Origin: Rhizomicrobium sp.
GTDB lineage: Bacteria > Pseudomonadota > Alphaproteobacteria > Micropepsales > Micropepsaceae
Assembly (NCBI GenBank): GCA_035568995.1
Contig: DATMNL010000003.1
Coordinates: 55,828 to 119,827 of the forward strand
Reading direction: 5' to 3'
Length of the DNA stretch: 64,000 nucleotides
Positions 18,794 through 30,653 of this stretch are shown one piece after another. The position numbers and the translations under genes are program-made. Numbering within the stretch: position 1 is the stretch's first letter; each line of letters opens with the position of its first letter. The notes under the pieces were generated by a model that saw nothing but the letters and a program-made list of their open reading frames with translations, was not told where the DNA came from and searched no databases.

Positions 18794-18969
18794 AAACTCT
18801 CCAAAAAGGGGCGTATTGATAGTGGCAGGGAGGGCTAAAAGCAAAGCAGGGAGCATCGGCCAGGAAAAGTGCGCAGCGGTTTTCCGCGGGCCGTGCGACC
18901 ATCGAATAACTGCCATTCGTTGACAGGGGGGCGGAGCGGCCTTAGCTACGGTTTCCCAGGGATTTCAGC

Positions 18970-20127
18970 ATGTCCGAAGCACCCACCTTCCTGCGTCCCG
19001 TCACCGCGCCAGCGGCGGACAAGGGTTATATCGTGCGGTTCGGCACCGACCGGCCGTTGAAGCTGGATTGCGGCAAAAGCCTTTCGCCATTCACCATCGC
19101 CTATATGACCTATGGCGTCCTCAACGCCGACAAAAGCAATGCCATCCTGATTTGTCATGCGCTGACCGGCGATCAGTTCGTGGCGTCCGATCATCCGGTC
19201 ACCGGCAAGTCCGGCTGGTGGACCACCATGGTGGGTCCGGGCCAGCCGATCGATACCGACCGTTTCTTCGTGATCTGCGCCAATGTCATTGGCGGCTGCA
19301 TGGGCACGACCGGGCCGGCGGAAAATGATCCCCTCACCGGCAAGCCTTATGGACTTTCCTTTCCGCTGGTCACCGTCCGCGACATGGTGCGGGCCCAGGC
19401 GATGCTGATCGAGCAGTTGGGCATTGCAAAGCTGCTGGCCGTGGTGGGCGGCTCGATGGGCGGCATGCAGGCGCTGCAATGGGCGGCTTCGTATCCCGAA
19501 CGGGTGCGGGCGGTGATGCCGATTGCCTGTGCCGCGCGCCATTCGGCGCAGAACATCGCCTTTCACGAAGTGGGACGCCAGGCGATCATGGCCGATCCCG
19601 ACTGGCAGGGCGGCGAATATCAGCTGCGCGGCACCACGCCGTCCAAGGGGCTGGCGGTGGCGCGCATGGCGGCGCATATCACCTATCTGTCCGAGGCGGC
19701 GCTGCAGCGGAAATTCGGACGCGCCCTGCAGAATCGCGAGGCGCTGTCTTTCCAGTTCGCCCCGGACTTCCAGATCGAATCCTATCTGCATCACCAGGGC
19801 GCCAGCTTCGTGGACCGCTTTGACGCCAATTCCTATCTCTATATCACCCGCGCGATGGATTATTTCGACCTGGCGGCGGACTATGACGGGCATCTGGCCG
19901 GCGCGTTCGGGGCGAACGCGCCGCGCTTCTGCATTATTTCCTTCACCTCGGACTGGCTGTTTCCCACCGCCGAGAACAAGAGAATCGCCCATGCGCTGAA
20001 CGCGGTGGCCGCCAATGTCAGCTTTGTCGAGATCAAGACCGACAAGGGCCATGACTCGTTCCTGCTGGACGAACCGGAGATGTTCGGCACGGTGCGCGGC
20101 TTTCTAAACGCGCTGGCCGAGCCATGA
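18970..20127 (+). CDS. metX: Homoserine O-acetyltransferase
   Basis: [39 protein letters not shown]. Confidence 0.93.
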   Translation: MSEAPTFLRPVTAPAADKGYIVRFGTDRPLKLDCGKSLSPFTIAYMTYGVLNADKSNAILICHALTGDQFVASDHPVTGKSGWWTTMVGPGQPIDTDRFFVICANVIGGCMGTTGPAENDPLTGKPYGLSFPLVTVRDMVRAQAMLIEQLGIAKLLAVVGGSMGGMQALQWAASYPERVRAVMPIACAARHSAQNIAFHEVGRQAIMADPDWQGGEYQLRGTTPSKGLAVARMAAHITYLSEAALQRKFGRALQNREALSFQFAPDFQIESYLHHQGASFVDRFDANSYLYITRAMDYFDLAADYDGHLAGAFGANAPRFCIISFTSDWLFPTAENKRIAHALNAVAANVSFVEIKTDKGHDSFLLDEPEMFGTVRGFLNALAEP

Positions 20128-20765
20128 GCGCCAGCCTTCCTCATGTAAGCCTGCGCCCCGATCTGGCCGCCATCGCGGCGATGATCCGCCCCGGCACACG
20201 GGTGCTGGATGTGGGCTGCGGCGACGGCGCGCTGCTGGAACATCTGCGCGGCAAGGGCGTGGACGGCCGCGGCATTGAATTGTCGCAGCAGAATGTCAAT
20301 GCCTGCGTGGCGCGCGGCCTTTCGGTGATGCAGGGCGACGCGGACACCGACCTCAATGAATATCCCAGTGGCACCTTTGACGCGGTGATCCTGTCCAACA
20401 CCATCCAGGCGACGGAGAAGCCCCGGGTGGTGCTGGACCATCTGCTCCGCATCGGACGGCGCACGGCGGTGTCGCTGCCCAATTTCGGCTACTGGAAAGT
20501 GCGCGCCTCGCTTCTGGCCAGCGGCCGCATGCCACGCACCAGGAATCTGGATTATTCCTGGTTCGATACCCCCAACATCCATCTCTGCACCCTGTCGGAT
20601 TTTCTGGACATGACGCGGCTGTGCGGAGCGGCGGTGGTCGAGGCCCATGCCCTGAACGAAAAAGGCGAGACCCGCCGGATTCGCCCCGACGCCATTTTGA
20701 AAGGCGGTTTGGGCGGCCCCAACCTGCTGGCGCCGGGTGCCATTTTCCTGTTGAAAAAAGCTTAG
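20124..20765 (+). CDS. metW: Methionine biosynthesis protein MetW
   Basis: [35 protein letters not shown]; ATGA overlap with metX. Confidence 0.92.
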   Translation: MSASLPHVSLRPDLAAIAAMIRPGTRVLDVGCGDGALLEHLRGKGVDGRGIELSQQNVNACVARGLSVMQGDADTDLNEYPSGTFDAVILSNTIQATEKPRVVLDHLLRIGRRTAVSLPNFGYWKVRASLLASGRMPRTRNLDYSWFDTPNIHLCTLSDFLDMTRLCGAAVVEAHALNEKGETRRIRPDAILKGGLGGPNLLAPGAIFLLKKA

Positions 20766-21490
20766 GTATCCCGGCCCGCGGGGTTGAGCCGCGCCGGCCG
20801 CGCGCCGCTGGGCACGGGGGTGGGGCCGACCGGCGCGTATAGCGACTTGGTCGCCTCAACCAGATGAACGCCCCCCAAGCCGGGAAAAATCCGGCGGCCG
20901 AAACGTTCCCAGCCCGCGCCCGTGCCGATCAACGATTTGGCATGAAAAGGTGGCACATACAGGGCGCGATCCCAGCCGGTGGGCTCGAACAGCACGTCGC
21001 GCAATATCACGTCCAGTTCATGGCGGGAAAAGGGGCGGCCCTGGCCGAAGGGCGACCAGTCCACCTGCGCCCACAGGCTGGCGCGGTTGGGCGCGACCAG
21101 GAGCAGTTTTCCTTCCGGCGCCAGCACCCGCCAGAGCTGGCGCAACAGCGGCCTCAAACTTTCCGCCCCTTCCAAGCCATGCACCACCAGCACCCGGTCA
21201 AAGAAAGCATCGGGAAACGGCAAGGCGCTTTCTTCCACCATGGCGGTCAGGCATTTGGGCGCCGGCCAGGTGGTAGCGCCCATATGGGCCGGCATGGCGG
21301 CAACGCCGCGCTCCGCTTCCAGCAGAAAAGGCCGCAGATAGGGCGTGGCATAACCGAAGCCAAGCAGCCTTTGGCCGCTGACATTGGGCCAGATCTGACG
21401 CAGGCGGCGCAGCAGGATGCGCCGCGCCACCGCGCCCAGATGGCCGTCATAAAACTCGGCAAGCTCGCGAACATAGAGCTGCATGGCCAT
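20762..21490 (-). CDS. Class I SAM-dependent methyltransferase (type 11)
   Basis: LLGFGYATPYL, LPFPDAFFDRVLVVHGLE, PNRASLWA, PFGQGRPFSR; divergent from gloB as is usual. Confidence 0.85.
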   Translation of the reverse strand: MAMQLYVRELAEFYDGHLGAVARRILLRRLRQIWPNVSGQRLLGFGYATPYLRPFLLEAERGVAAMPAHMGATTWPAPKCLTAMVEESALPFPDAFFDRVLVVHGLEGAESLRPLLRQLWRVLAPEGKLLLVAPNRASLWAQVDWSPFGQGRPFSRHELDVILRDVLFEPTGWDRALYVPPFHAKSLIGTGAGWERFGRRIFPGLGGVHLVEATKSLYAPVGPTPVPSGARPARLNPAGRDT

Positions 21491-21558
21491 AGGGGTAGCC
21501 TTAAGAGCGTTAACGTTCAACGCATCCCCTGATAGCCTGCCGGCAAAAAGGAGCTCCC

Positions 21559-22314
21559 GTGACGCTGGAAATCGCGATCGTGCCATGCCTGACCGATAAT
21601 TACGCCTATCTGGTGAAGGCGGGGGGAGCCTGCGCGGTGGTGGATCCGTCCGAGCCGGGGCCGGTCAAGGCAGCCCTGAAGGCGCGAGGGTGGAGGCTGA
21701 CCCATATCCTCAACACCCATCATCATCTGGATCACACCGGCGGGAATATGGCGCTGAAGCAGGAGTTCGGCGCCATGGTGGTGGGGCCCCAAAAAGACGC
21801 AGGGCGCATTCCGGAGATTGATATCGGAGTGGAGGAAGATGGCGGCTGGGAATTTTCCGGAATGCCGGTCCGGATTCTGGAAGTGCCCGCCCACACGCGC
21901 GGCGCAATCACCTTTGTGATGGACGGCAACGCCTTCACCGGCGACACGCTGTTCGCCATGGGATGCGGGCGCCTGTTCGAGGGCGATCCCGCCATGATGT
22001 GGGCGAGCCTCAGCAAACTGATGAGCTTGCCCGACTCGACCAGGATTTATTGCGGCCATGAATATACCGAGAATAACGGCCGCTTCGCGCTGACGCTGGA
22101 GCCGGGCAACAAGGCGCTGGCTGCGCGAATGAACGAGGTGCGGGCGGCGCGCGCCAAGGGTGAGACCAGCATGCCGTCCACCATGGGGCTTGAGCGCGCC
22201 ACCAATCCTTTCCTGCGCGTGGGCTCGGCGGAAATCCGCAAGAACCTGGGCATGGAAAATGCCGGCGATGTGGGCGTGTTCGGCGAGATACGAAAACAGA
22301 AGGACCGCTTCTAG
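21559..22314 (+). CDS. gloB: Hydroxyacylglutathione hydrolase (glyoxalase II)
   Basis: DNYAYL, THHHLDHTGG, FTGDTLFAMGCGRLFEG, YCGHEYT, TNPFLR. Confidence 0.93.
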   Translation: MTLEIAIVPCLTDNYAYLVKAGGACAVVDPSEPGPVKAALKARGWRLTHILNTHHHLDHTGGNMALKQEFGAMVVGPQKDAGRIPEIDIGVEEDGGWEFSGMPVRILEVPAHTRGAITFVMDGNAFTGDTLFAMGCGRLFEGDPAMMWASLSKLMSLPDSTRIYCGHEYTENNGRFALTLEPGNKALAARMNEVRAARAKGETSMPSTMGLERATNPFLRVGSAEIRKNLGMENAGDVGVFGEIRKQKDRF

Positions 22315-22499
22315 TCGGCTTTGGCTTTCTTGTCGGAGTCGCCATGGCCGAAGGGGGCGGTGACGACGGCGCCAACCACATCCACCGTGGCGCCGACCGC
22401 TGTGGTGGTGACGTCCACTGCCGTGGACGCGACATGATAGACAGCGCAGCCGGAAAGGCCGAGCGCCAAAAAGGCGGAAACGATGAGAGCGGCGCGCAT
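22311..22499 (-). CDS. Small lipoprotein
   Basis: Lipobox LSGC after a hydrophobic stretch; Val/Thr/Ala-rich amphipathic body. Confidence 0.6.
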   Translation of the reverse strand: MRAALIVSAFLALGLSGCAVYHVASTAVDVTTTAVGATVDVVGAVVTAPFGHGDSDKKAKAD

Positions 22500-22512
22500 G
22501 AATGGTCCCCCA

Positions 22513-22560
22513 GCATTTTCAGGAAAAGTGTGAAGCGCTTTTCCGCAGAAAATGCGACAA
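22513..22560. repeat. RIME/Bru-RS-like palindromic intergenic element
   Basis: Nested inverted repeat GCATTTTC-A-GGAAAAG...CTTTTCC-GCA-GAAAATGC followed by GACAA. Confidence 0.6.
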
Positions 22561-22617
22561 TTAAAGACGTACAGGAGCGTAGAATGTCCTGCAATGGTCG
22601 GAAAAGGCGAAGGGGAA

Positions 22618-23214
22618 ATGCCAGGCTTTCAGACACTTTTTCCGACATTATTATACAGCGCACGCATCCGCTGCCCACGCGGGTTGGCCCAAACCTGTCT
22701 TGCCATCGCGGCCGAAGACAAAGCAGGGCGGCGTTGGGCGCGAGAACATGGTTACGGCGGATATACCTCGTATGCCTCGCTGAATGACCTGACGTCACGC
22801 GCCACGGTTTTCGCCGAACTGGAGAAAGCCATTGCCGATCACGTAGCTGGATTCGCGCGCAAATCTGATTTCGATCTTTCCGGACGCAGGCTGCAGCTGG
22901 ACAGTCTATGGATCAATGTCATGAATAAAGGGGCGACCCACACACCCCATATTCATCCCCATTCCGTGGTCAGCGGCACCTATTATGTGACGGCGCCGCC
23001 GGGTTCCGGCGCGATCCGCTTTGAAGACCCCCGCCTGGCCATGCTGATGGCCGCCCCACCAAGGAGGAAAAATTCCCGATTGGAGAACCGGACTTTCGTG
23101 GACGTGGCGCCAAAGCCGGGAATGCTGCTGTTGTGGGAAAGCTGGCTGCGGCATGGGGTGGACGCGAATGCCGGCAAAAGCCAGCGCATCTCGGTGAGCT
23201 TCAACTTCGCCTAG
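22618..23214 (+). CDS. TIGR02466-like putative 2OG-Fe(II) oxygenase
   Basis: GYTSYASL, WINVM, HTPHIHPHSVVSGTYYV, FEDPR, WESWLRHGV, RISVSFN. Confidence 0.82.
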   Translation: MPGFQTLFPTLLYSARIRCPRGLAQTCLAIAAEDKAGRRWAREHGYGGYTSYASLNDLTSRATVFAELEKAIADHVAGFARKSDFDLSGRRLQLDSLWINVMNKGATHTPHIHPHSVVSGTYYVTAPPGSGAIRFEDPRLAMLMAAPPRRKNSRLENRTFVDVAPKPGMLLLWESWLRHGVDANAGKSQRISVSFNFA

Positions 23215-23225
23215 CGACAGCGTAG
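23211..23225 (+). repeat. REP-like core copy
   Basis: CTAGCGACAGCGTAG, which supplies the TAG stop of the upstream gene. Confidence 0.6.
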
Positions 23226-23338
23226 TGGCGCCGCGATAGCGGGTGACGCGAATTTAAATAGGCTAACGGGATGGCTTAAGCGCATGGCGGCAGCACGGCA
23301 CCGGGTGCTATAATCCTAAAAAATAAGGGGTGCCCAGG

Positions 23339-24130
23339 ATGAAAAAACTTTCCGCCATATTGACCACGACAATTTTGCTGATCGCGCCAGCCGCCTTCGG
23401 GCAGACACCGGCCGCGCCGCCGCCGCCGATCAATGTGCTGGCGCAGTCGAGCGAATATCGCTTCCAGCTGGATTTTCATGTCAATGACGCGGCGCTGGCC
23501 AAGATGCTGCCCGCCGGATGGATTTCCGGCGCCGCCACCCAGGGCCCGGCCAAGGACGCCAATATGCGCCTGATCTTCATTGATGCCGGCAATATCGTGG
23601 GACCGGACAACAAGCCGCTCGGCAAGGGCACCGACCTGATGGCCATTCTTGCCGCGCCGGTGAAGCAGAGCGAAGGCGGGGCGGTCGGGCAGATGATTTT
23701 GGGCGGCCTCACCCAGAATGACCCGCAAGCGGCCTTTGGTGTGCTGAGCCAGGCCAGCGGCGCGAAAGTGACACGCACCATCGCCACCGCCAATGGCGCG
23801 ACTATGGTGACGGAGGACTGGGATCTGAGCGGCGCGGGCGGGGCGCATGCGGCGCTGCATGTGAAATATACCAGGCTGCCGGCCAACAAAGGCGCGGGAT
23901 CTGCCAATTTCTACAATCCCGCCGATCCCAAGGCGGTGCAGATTTTCCGCACCGAACAGGTCACCGACATCACCCGCAACGCCACCACCAATCCACCCGA
24001 CCGGGTGGCAGAATTCACTTACAAGGCGTCAGGCGGAAAATTCGCCGCCCTGTTCGATGGCAGCGAAAAAGCCCTGAGCTGGGATTCGCAGCCGGTCTAT
24101 TCCAGGATCGTCGGCACGCCGGTTCCGTAA
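23339..24130 (+). CDS. Secreted hypothetical protein
   Basis: Signal peptide MKKLSAIL...AFGQ; 263 aa, GC3-rich codon use. Confidence 0.7.
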   Translation: MKKLSAILTTTILLIAPAAFGQTPAAPPPPINVLAQSSEYRFQLDFHVNDAALAKMLPAGWISGAATQGPAKDANMRLIFIDAGNIVGPDNKPLGKGTDLMAILAAPVKQSEGGAVGQMILGGLTQNDPQAAFGVLSQASGAKVTRTIATANGATMVTEDWDLSGAGGAHAALHVKYTRLPANKGAGSANFYNPADPKAVQIFRTEQVTDITRNATTNPPDRVAEFTYKASGGKFAALFDGSEKALSWDSQPVYSRIVGTPVP

Positions 24131-24154
24131 CTCAGAACACAGAGGGGAGGCGTC

Positions 24155-24562
24155 ATGCACATTTTCACCGGTACGATTGAAATCCAGATGCTGTGCTGGA
24201 GCGTGGTGCTGGGTCTTGTCCAGCTTGTCATCGCCACCAGCCTGGCGACGATAGATCAGGGCCTGCCTTACAACCTCAGTCCACGCGATCTGCCGCCGCC
24301 GCCTGTCAGTGTCATGACGCGCCGGTTCCAGCGCGCTTTCGGAAATTTCCGCGAGACCTTCGTCTATTTCGCGGTGGCGGTTCTGCTGGTCACGCTGACG
24401 GCCAGCAGCAATCCGACGTCCGCGCTGGGGGCGCAGATCTATTTCTGGGCGCGGCTGATTTATGTGCCGGTTTATGCGGTCGGCATACCCGTGGCGCGTA
24501 CCATCGTCTGGGGGGTATCCATTGTCGGTCTGGTCATGGTCCTGCTGGCGGTACTGGAATAG
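24155..24562 (+). CDS. MAPEG family membrane protein
   Basis: RFQRAFGNFRETF, FWARLIYVPVY. Confidence 0.85.
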   Translation: MHIFTGTIEIQMLCWSVVLGLVQLVIATSLATIDQGLPYNLSPRDLPPPPVSVMTRRFQRAFGNFRETFVYFAVAVLLVTLTASSNPTSALGAQIYFWARLIYVPVYAVGIPVARTIVWGVSIVGLVMVLLAVLE

Positions 24563-24586
24563 TGTTTTCTGCAATCCTTCCGAACC

Positions 24587-24808
24587 TCAGCGCTCCTCGC
24601 CAAACCGGCGAAGAAGCGTGCTTAGCCGTTCCGGAAGACGCGGGACATTATATTCCCGGTCCCAGGCGGTCTTGGCCTCAGATAATATTTTTTCCTGCAG
24701 CTCGCGCGGCAATGCCGCCCAGGACACGATCAGGGCGCTGCCCAGCCGGCGCACCAGGCATTCTTCTTCGGCGGGATATCTGAACTTCTTTTCTTCGACA
24801 AATGGCAT
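24587..24808 (-). CDS. Small hypothetical protein
   Basis: 73 aa helical ORF (RRLGSALIVSWAALPRELQEKIL) with an ATG and upstream GAGAG. Confidence 0.5.
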   Translation of the reverse strand: MPFVEEKKFRYPAEEECLVRRLGSALIVSWAALPRELQEKILSEAKTAWDREYNVPRLPERLSTLLRRFGEER

Positions 24809-24997
24809 AGCGCTCTCGTTTTAAAATAGTTGCTGGTAATTCCGGGGAAGGTGCGAAGCCTTGCCGCGACGGATAGGGGAGCAATGCTCAACCCCAAGTA
24901 TGTCTGGAATAAGGAAATCGAGTTTGGGAATGGGCGATTCCTGTCATGGAACCCATCTCCCCTTTATAGGCGCGAGAGATTTTGTGTCTTGAGCAGG

Positions 24998-25022
24998 GTT
25001 GCCTAGCGACAGCGTAGGCAAC
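24998..25022. repeat. REP-like hairpin copy
   Basis: GTTGCCTAG-CGACAGCG-TAGGCAAC, nearly identical to 16672-16696. Confidence 0.7.
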
Positions 25023-25120
25023 GCGCGGAGCACCGCCCTCGCCCGCTATGCGGGCTCGAAGCGGGGCCAGCTTTTCTAATTCGCTCCGCTCATAAGAAAA
25101 GCTAGGCCAAAGATCCGCGT

Positions 25121-25510
25121 CTAGCGCTTTTTCTTGCCACGCTCTTTGCGGGCGGCATACCGGGCATCCCGGGCGGCCTTTTGTTCGGCCTCTTCCCGGG
25201 CCTTGCGCGCCTTGGCTTCCTCGGCGGCCTTGATGGCGGCGAGTTTGGCGTCTTCTTCGGCCTTCTTGCGGGCGGCTTCGATCGCCACCTTGTTCTTTTC
25301 CGCTTCGATGGCGGCGAGGCGTTTTTCCTCGGCGCGCTGCTTCTGGCGTTCTTCACGGGCGGCGGCCACGGCCAGGCGCTCCCTGGTGCGCTCATCGGCG
25401 CCGGCCTTGGCGGCCTCGGCGCGGGCCTTGGCCTTGGCCAGCATTTCGGCGCGCGCCTTGGCGGCGTCTTCCAACCGGTTGGAGAATTTGGATTCGTCGC
25501 GGCGGGCCAT
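25121..25510 (-). CDS. DUF6481-like Ala/Lys/Glu-rich coiled-coil protein
   Basis: KFSNRLEDAAKA start and QKAARDARYAARK end; TAATG overlap with the rpoD stop. Confidence 0.65.
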   Translation of the reverse strand: MARRDESKFSNRLEDAAKARAEMLAKAKARAEAAKAGADERTRERLAVAAAREERQKQRAEEKRLAAIEAEKNKVAIEAARKKAEEDAKLAAIKAAEEAKARKAREEAEQKAARDARYAARKERGKKKR

Positions 25511-27888
25511 TAGTTGTCCAAAAAGCTCCTGAGTTTTCTTGAACGGGAGGGGTGCTTGAGTTTGCGCAACGCCTTGGCTTCAATCTGGCGGATACGCTCG
25601 CGCGTCACGCTGAACTGCTGGCCGACTTCTTCCAGCGTGTGGTCGGTGTTCATGCCGATGCCGAAGCGCATGCGCAGCACGCGCTCCTCGCGCGGGGTGA
25701 GGGTCGCCAGCACGCGGGTGGTGGTTTCGCGCAGATTCGCCTGGATGGCGGCGTCGATCGGCAGCACCACATTGGGGTCCTGGATGAAATCGCCCAGATG
25801 CGAGTCTTCCTCGTCGCCGATGGGGGTTTCGAGGCTGATCGGCTCCTTGGCGATCTTGAGGACCTTGCGCACTTTTTCCAGCGGCATGGCCAAGCGCTCA
25901 GCCAGTTCTTCCGGCGTCGGCTCGCGGCCGATTTCATGCAGCATCTGGCGGGATGTGCGCACCAGCTTGTTGATGGTCTCGATCATGTGTACCGGAATGC
26001 GGATGGTGCGCGCCTGATCGGCGATGGAGCGGGTGATGGCCTGCCGGATCCACCAGGTGGCGTAGGTGGAGAATTTATAGCCGCGGCGATATTCGAATTT
26101 GTCCACCGCCTTCATCAGGCCGATATTGCCTTCCTGGATCAGGTCGAGGAATTGCAGGCCGCGATTGGTGTATTTCTTGGCAATGGAGATGACCAGGCGC
26201 AGATTGGCCTCGATCATTTCCTTCTTGGCGACGCCGGATTCGCGTTCGCCCTTCTGCACCGTCTGGACGTTGCGGCGGAATTCGGAGACCGACTGGCGGG
26301 TTTCCTGGGCGAGCGACTGGATGTCTTCGCGAAGGGCCCTGACCTTTTCGCGTTCCTCGGTGACGAAGTCGTGCCAGCCGAGACCGGAAAGACGGCCGAC
26401 ACGGCGCGCCCAGTTGGGATCGAGCTCGTTGCCGAAATACTGTTTGAGGAAGTCGGCGCGGTCCACGCCATGGGCCTCGGCCAGGCGCAAAAGACGTCCT
26501 TCCAGCGAAACCAGGCGGCGGTTGATGCCGTACATCTGGTCGACCAGGGCTTCGATGCGGTTGTTGTTGAGCTTGAGCGACTTGACCAGATCCATGGTCT
26601 CGTTGCGCAGCTTCTTGAAACGGCGTTCCTGGCCGGTGGAAAGCTCGTCGCTGGCCAGCGCCGCCTCGACCGATGCGTCCTGCAGCTTGCCCAGCTTTTT
26701 GTAGAGCGCGGCAATGGCGTCGAGGGATTCCAGCACCTGGGGCTTGAGGGCCGCTTCCATCGCCGACAAGGGCAGGTTGCCTTCATCGTCGAAATCATCG
26801 CCATCGGCGGCGGGGTCCACGGCAGCGGTCTCGCCGCCTTCGCCTTCGGCGCCTTCCGGCTTGGGTGCGGTCGGCGGCGGCGGTACGGGCTTCTTGAATT
26901 CGGGCGCCTTGAATTCCGGCAGCGAGGCCATGGCGCCGGTCAACGGCGTGGGATGCAGGGGCTGGCCGTCGGGGCCAACCGGCGGCGGCACCGGCGCGGG
27001 CTGGCCATCGGGGCCGGCGCCATACATGGCTTCCAGGTCGATAATATCGCGAAGCAGAACCTTGCCTTCGTTGAGTTCGTCGCGCCAGACGGTGAGCGCC
27101 TCGAAGGTCAGCGGCGATTCACACAGCGCGCCGATCATCAATTCGCGGCCCGCCTCGATGCGCTTGGCAATGGCGATTTCGCCTTCACGCGACAGGAGCT
27201 CGACCGAGCCCATCTCGCGCAGATACATGCGCACCGGGTCGTCGGTGCGGTCATATTGCTCGCCCGACTTGGCGGTGGTGGCCAGCGCCTTGCTGCCCTC
27301 GGCCAGAGCGGGAAGGGTTTCACCCTCCGCTTCTTCGGCTTCCTCGCTTTCGATGACATTGATGCCCATCTCATTGAGCATCGCCATGGTGTCTTCGATC
27401 TGCTCGGAAGACGTCTTGTCGGAAGGCAGGACCTTGTTCAGTTCGTCATAGGTGACATAGCCGCGCTGCTTGGCGCGCGCGATCATCTTGCGTACGCCGA
27501 CATCGGACATATCCAGCAGCGGAGAATCTGCATCGCCGGGGGTTTCGCTCTCGCCCGGCTTCTTGGGCGGAATCTTGGCGCCGGGCTTTACCAGTGGGGC
27601 CGGGACGATTTTCTTGGCGTCACCCTTGAGCGGAGTTTTTCCCTTCTTGAGTTCGGCCTCGAGTTTGGCGTTGCGGGCGGCCTTGGCGGCTTCCCATTTC
27701 TTGAGCTCAGCCTTGGTCAGCGGCCTGGAGGCAGCCTTGACCGGCTTGGGAGCCGGCTTTTTGGGAGCAGGCCTGGCCGACTTCTTGACGGCCGCATTTT
27801 TCATGGCAGCTGGCCTGGCGGCCGTCTTTTTCAAGACGGGCTTGGACTTGGCTGGCGTTTTTTTAGGCAAATTCGACTTGGTCACCAA
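25510..27888 (-). CDS. rpoD: RNA polymerase primary sigma factor (sigma70) with a long basic N-terminal extension
   Basis: [66 protein letters not shown]. Confidence 0.97.
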   Translation of the reverse strand: MVTKSNLPKKTPAKSKPVLKKTAARPAAMKNAAVKKSARPAPKKPAPKPVKAASRPLTKAELKKWEAAKAARNAKLEAELKKGKTPLKGDAKKIVPAPLVKPGAKIPPKKPGESETPGDADSPLLDMSDVGVRKMIARAKQRGYVTYDELNKVLPSDKTSSEQIEDTMAMLNEMGINVIESEEAEEAEGETLPALAEGSKALATTAKSGEQYDRTDDPVRMYLREMGSVELLSREGEIAIAKRIEAGRELMIGALCESPLTFEALTVWRDELNEGKVLLRDIIDLEAMYGAGPDGQPAPVPPPVGPDGQPLHPTPLTGAMASLPEFKAPEFKKPVPPPPTAPKPEGAEGEGGETAAVDPAADGDDFDDEGNLPLSAMEAALKPQVLESLDAIAALYKKLGKLQDASVEAALASDELSTGQERRFKKLRNETMDLVKSLKLNNNRIEALVDQMYGINRRLVSLEGRLLRLAEAHGVDRADFLKQYFGNELDPNWARRVGRLSGLGWHDFVTEEREKVRALREDIQSLAQETRQSVSEFRRNVQTVQKGERESGVAKKEMIEANLRLVISIAKKYTNRGLQFLDLIQEGNIGLMKAVDKFEYRRGYKFSTYATWWIRQAITRSIADQARTIRIPVHMIETINKLVRTSRQMLHEIGREPTPEELAERLAMPLEKVRKVLKIAKEPISLETPIGDEEDSHLGDFIQDPNVVLPIDAAIQANLRETTTRVLATLTPREERVLRMRFGIGMNTDHTLEEVGQQFSVTRERIRQIEAKALRKLKHPSRSRKLRSFLDN

Positions 27889-27941
27889 AATTCATTCCTA
27901 TTGTCCCCTACTATAGGGGCGCAGTGTATGCTTTTGGCGAT

Positions 27942-29885
<1,944 letters not shown>

Positions 29886-29978
29886 GGGGACAATGTAGGC
29901 GTTCCGAGACAAAAAAGCGCTGATTTAGGTACGGAATCCTGTGAATCCGTGAGCCGCGGCGCGCGAAGCGTGTGAGCA

Positions 29979-30029
29979 GGTCCGGCGGACCTGCGAAAGC
30001 GGCGAACGCCGCGATCTCGGGCGAGCGGC
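29979..30029 (+). repeat. 51-nt dispersed repeat, copy 1
   Basis: GGTCCGGCGGACC-N9-GGCGAACGCCGCGA-N6-GCGAGCGGC; same length and blocks as 38471-38521. Confidence 0.7.
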
Positions 30030-30039
30030 TGCAGGCTAT

Positions 30040-30507
30040 CTATTTGGAAGCAGAGAGAATTTCCTTCACCGCCGCACCGGCTTTGGCGAAATCCATCTGG
30101 CCGGCATAGCGTTCTTTCATGGTCGCCATCACCTTGCCCATATCCTTGATCGAGGCGGCGCCGAGTTCGGCGATCACCTTGGCGGCTGCCGCCTTGATGC
30201 CGGTCTCGTCCATCTGGGCCGGCATGAAGGAACGGATGATAGCGATTTCCTCGCGCTCGGCGGCGGCGAGTTCCGGCCGCTTGCCGGCGTCAAAGGCGGT
30301 GGCGGATTCCTCGCGTTGCTTGATCATCTTGGCCATCAGGCCCAGGATTTCGTCATCGCCCAGAAGATCGCGGCTGGTCTCGGTGCGGGCGGCGATGTCG
30401 CGGTCCTTGAGGGCGGCCAGCACCAGGCGCAGGGTGGCAAGGCGGCGGGCGTCCTTGGCCTTCATCGCCTCTTTCATCGACTCGTTGAGCTTTTCGCGCA
30501 GGGACAT
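30040..30507 (-). CDS. GatB/YqeY domain protein
   Basis: MKEAMKAKD..RL.TLR, KMIKQREES...F..G.R.ELA..E..EI, MKDMGKVM-like. Confidence 0.9.
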   Translation of the reverse strand: MSLREKLNESMKEAMKAKDARRLATLRLVLAALKDRDIAARTETSRDLLGDDEILGLMAKMIKQREESATAFDAGKRPELAAAEREEIAIIRSFMPAQMDETGIKAAAAKVIAELGAASIKDMGKVMATMKERYAGQMDFAKAGAAVKEILSASK

Positions 30508-30653
30508 CGAATTTGCCTTTTGGGAAAGCGGGAACCTACGCGAAAGTGTGGACAAGTACAACGCATTGAAAACGCAGGGTTTGTTTGCGCAAAAGGCTGG
30601 TTGACCCGCAGACCCTGCATCCCTATTTTCGCGCAAATCCAGGGACATTGCCG

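Noticed and set aside
18800-18969. Possible SAM riboswitch upstream of metX
   Set aside because: No SAM-II/SAM-alpha consensus could be matched
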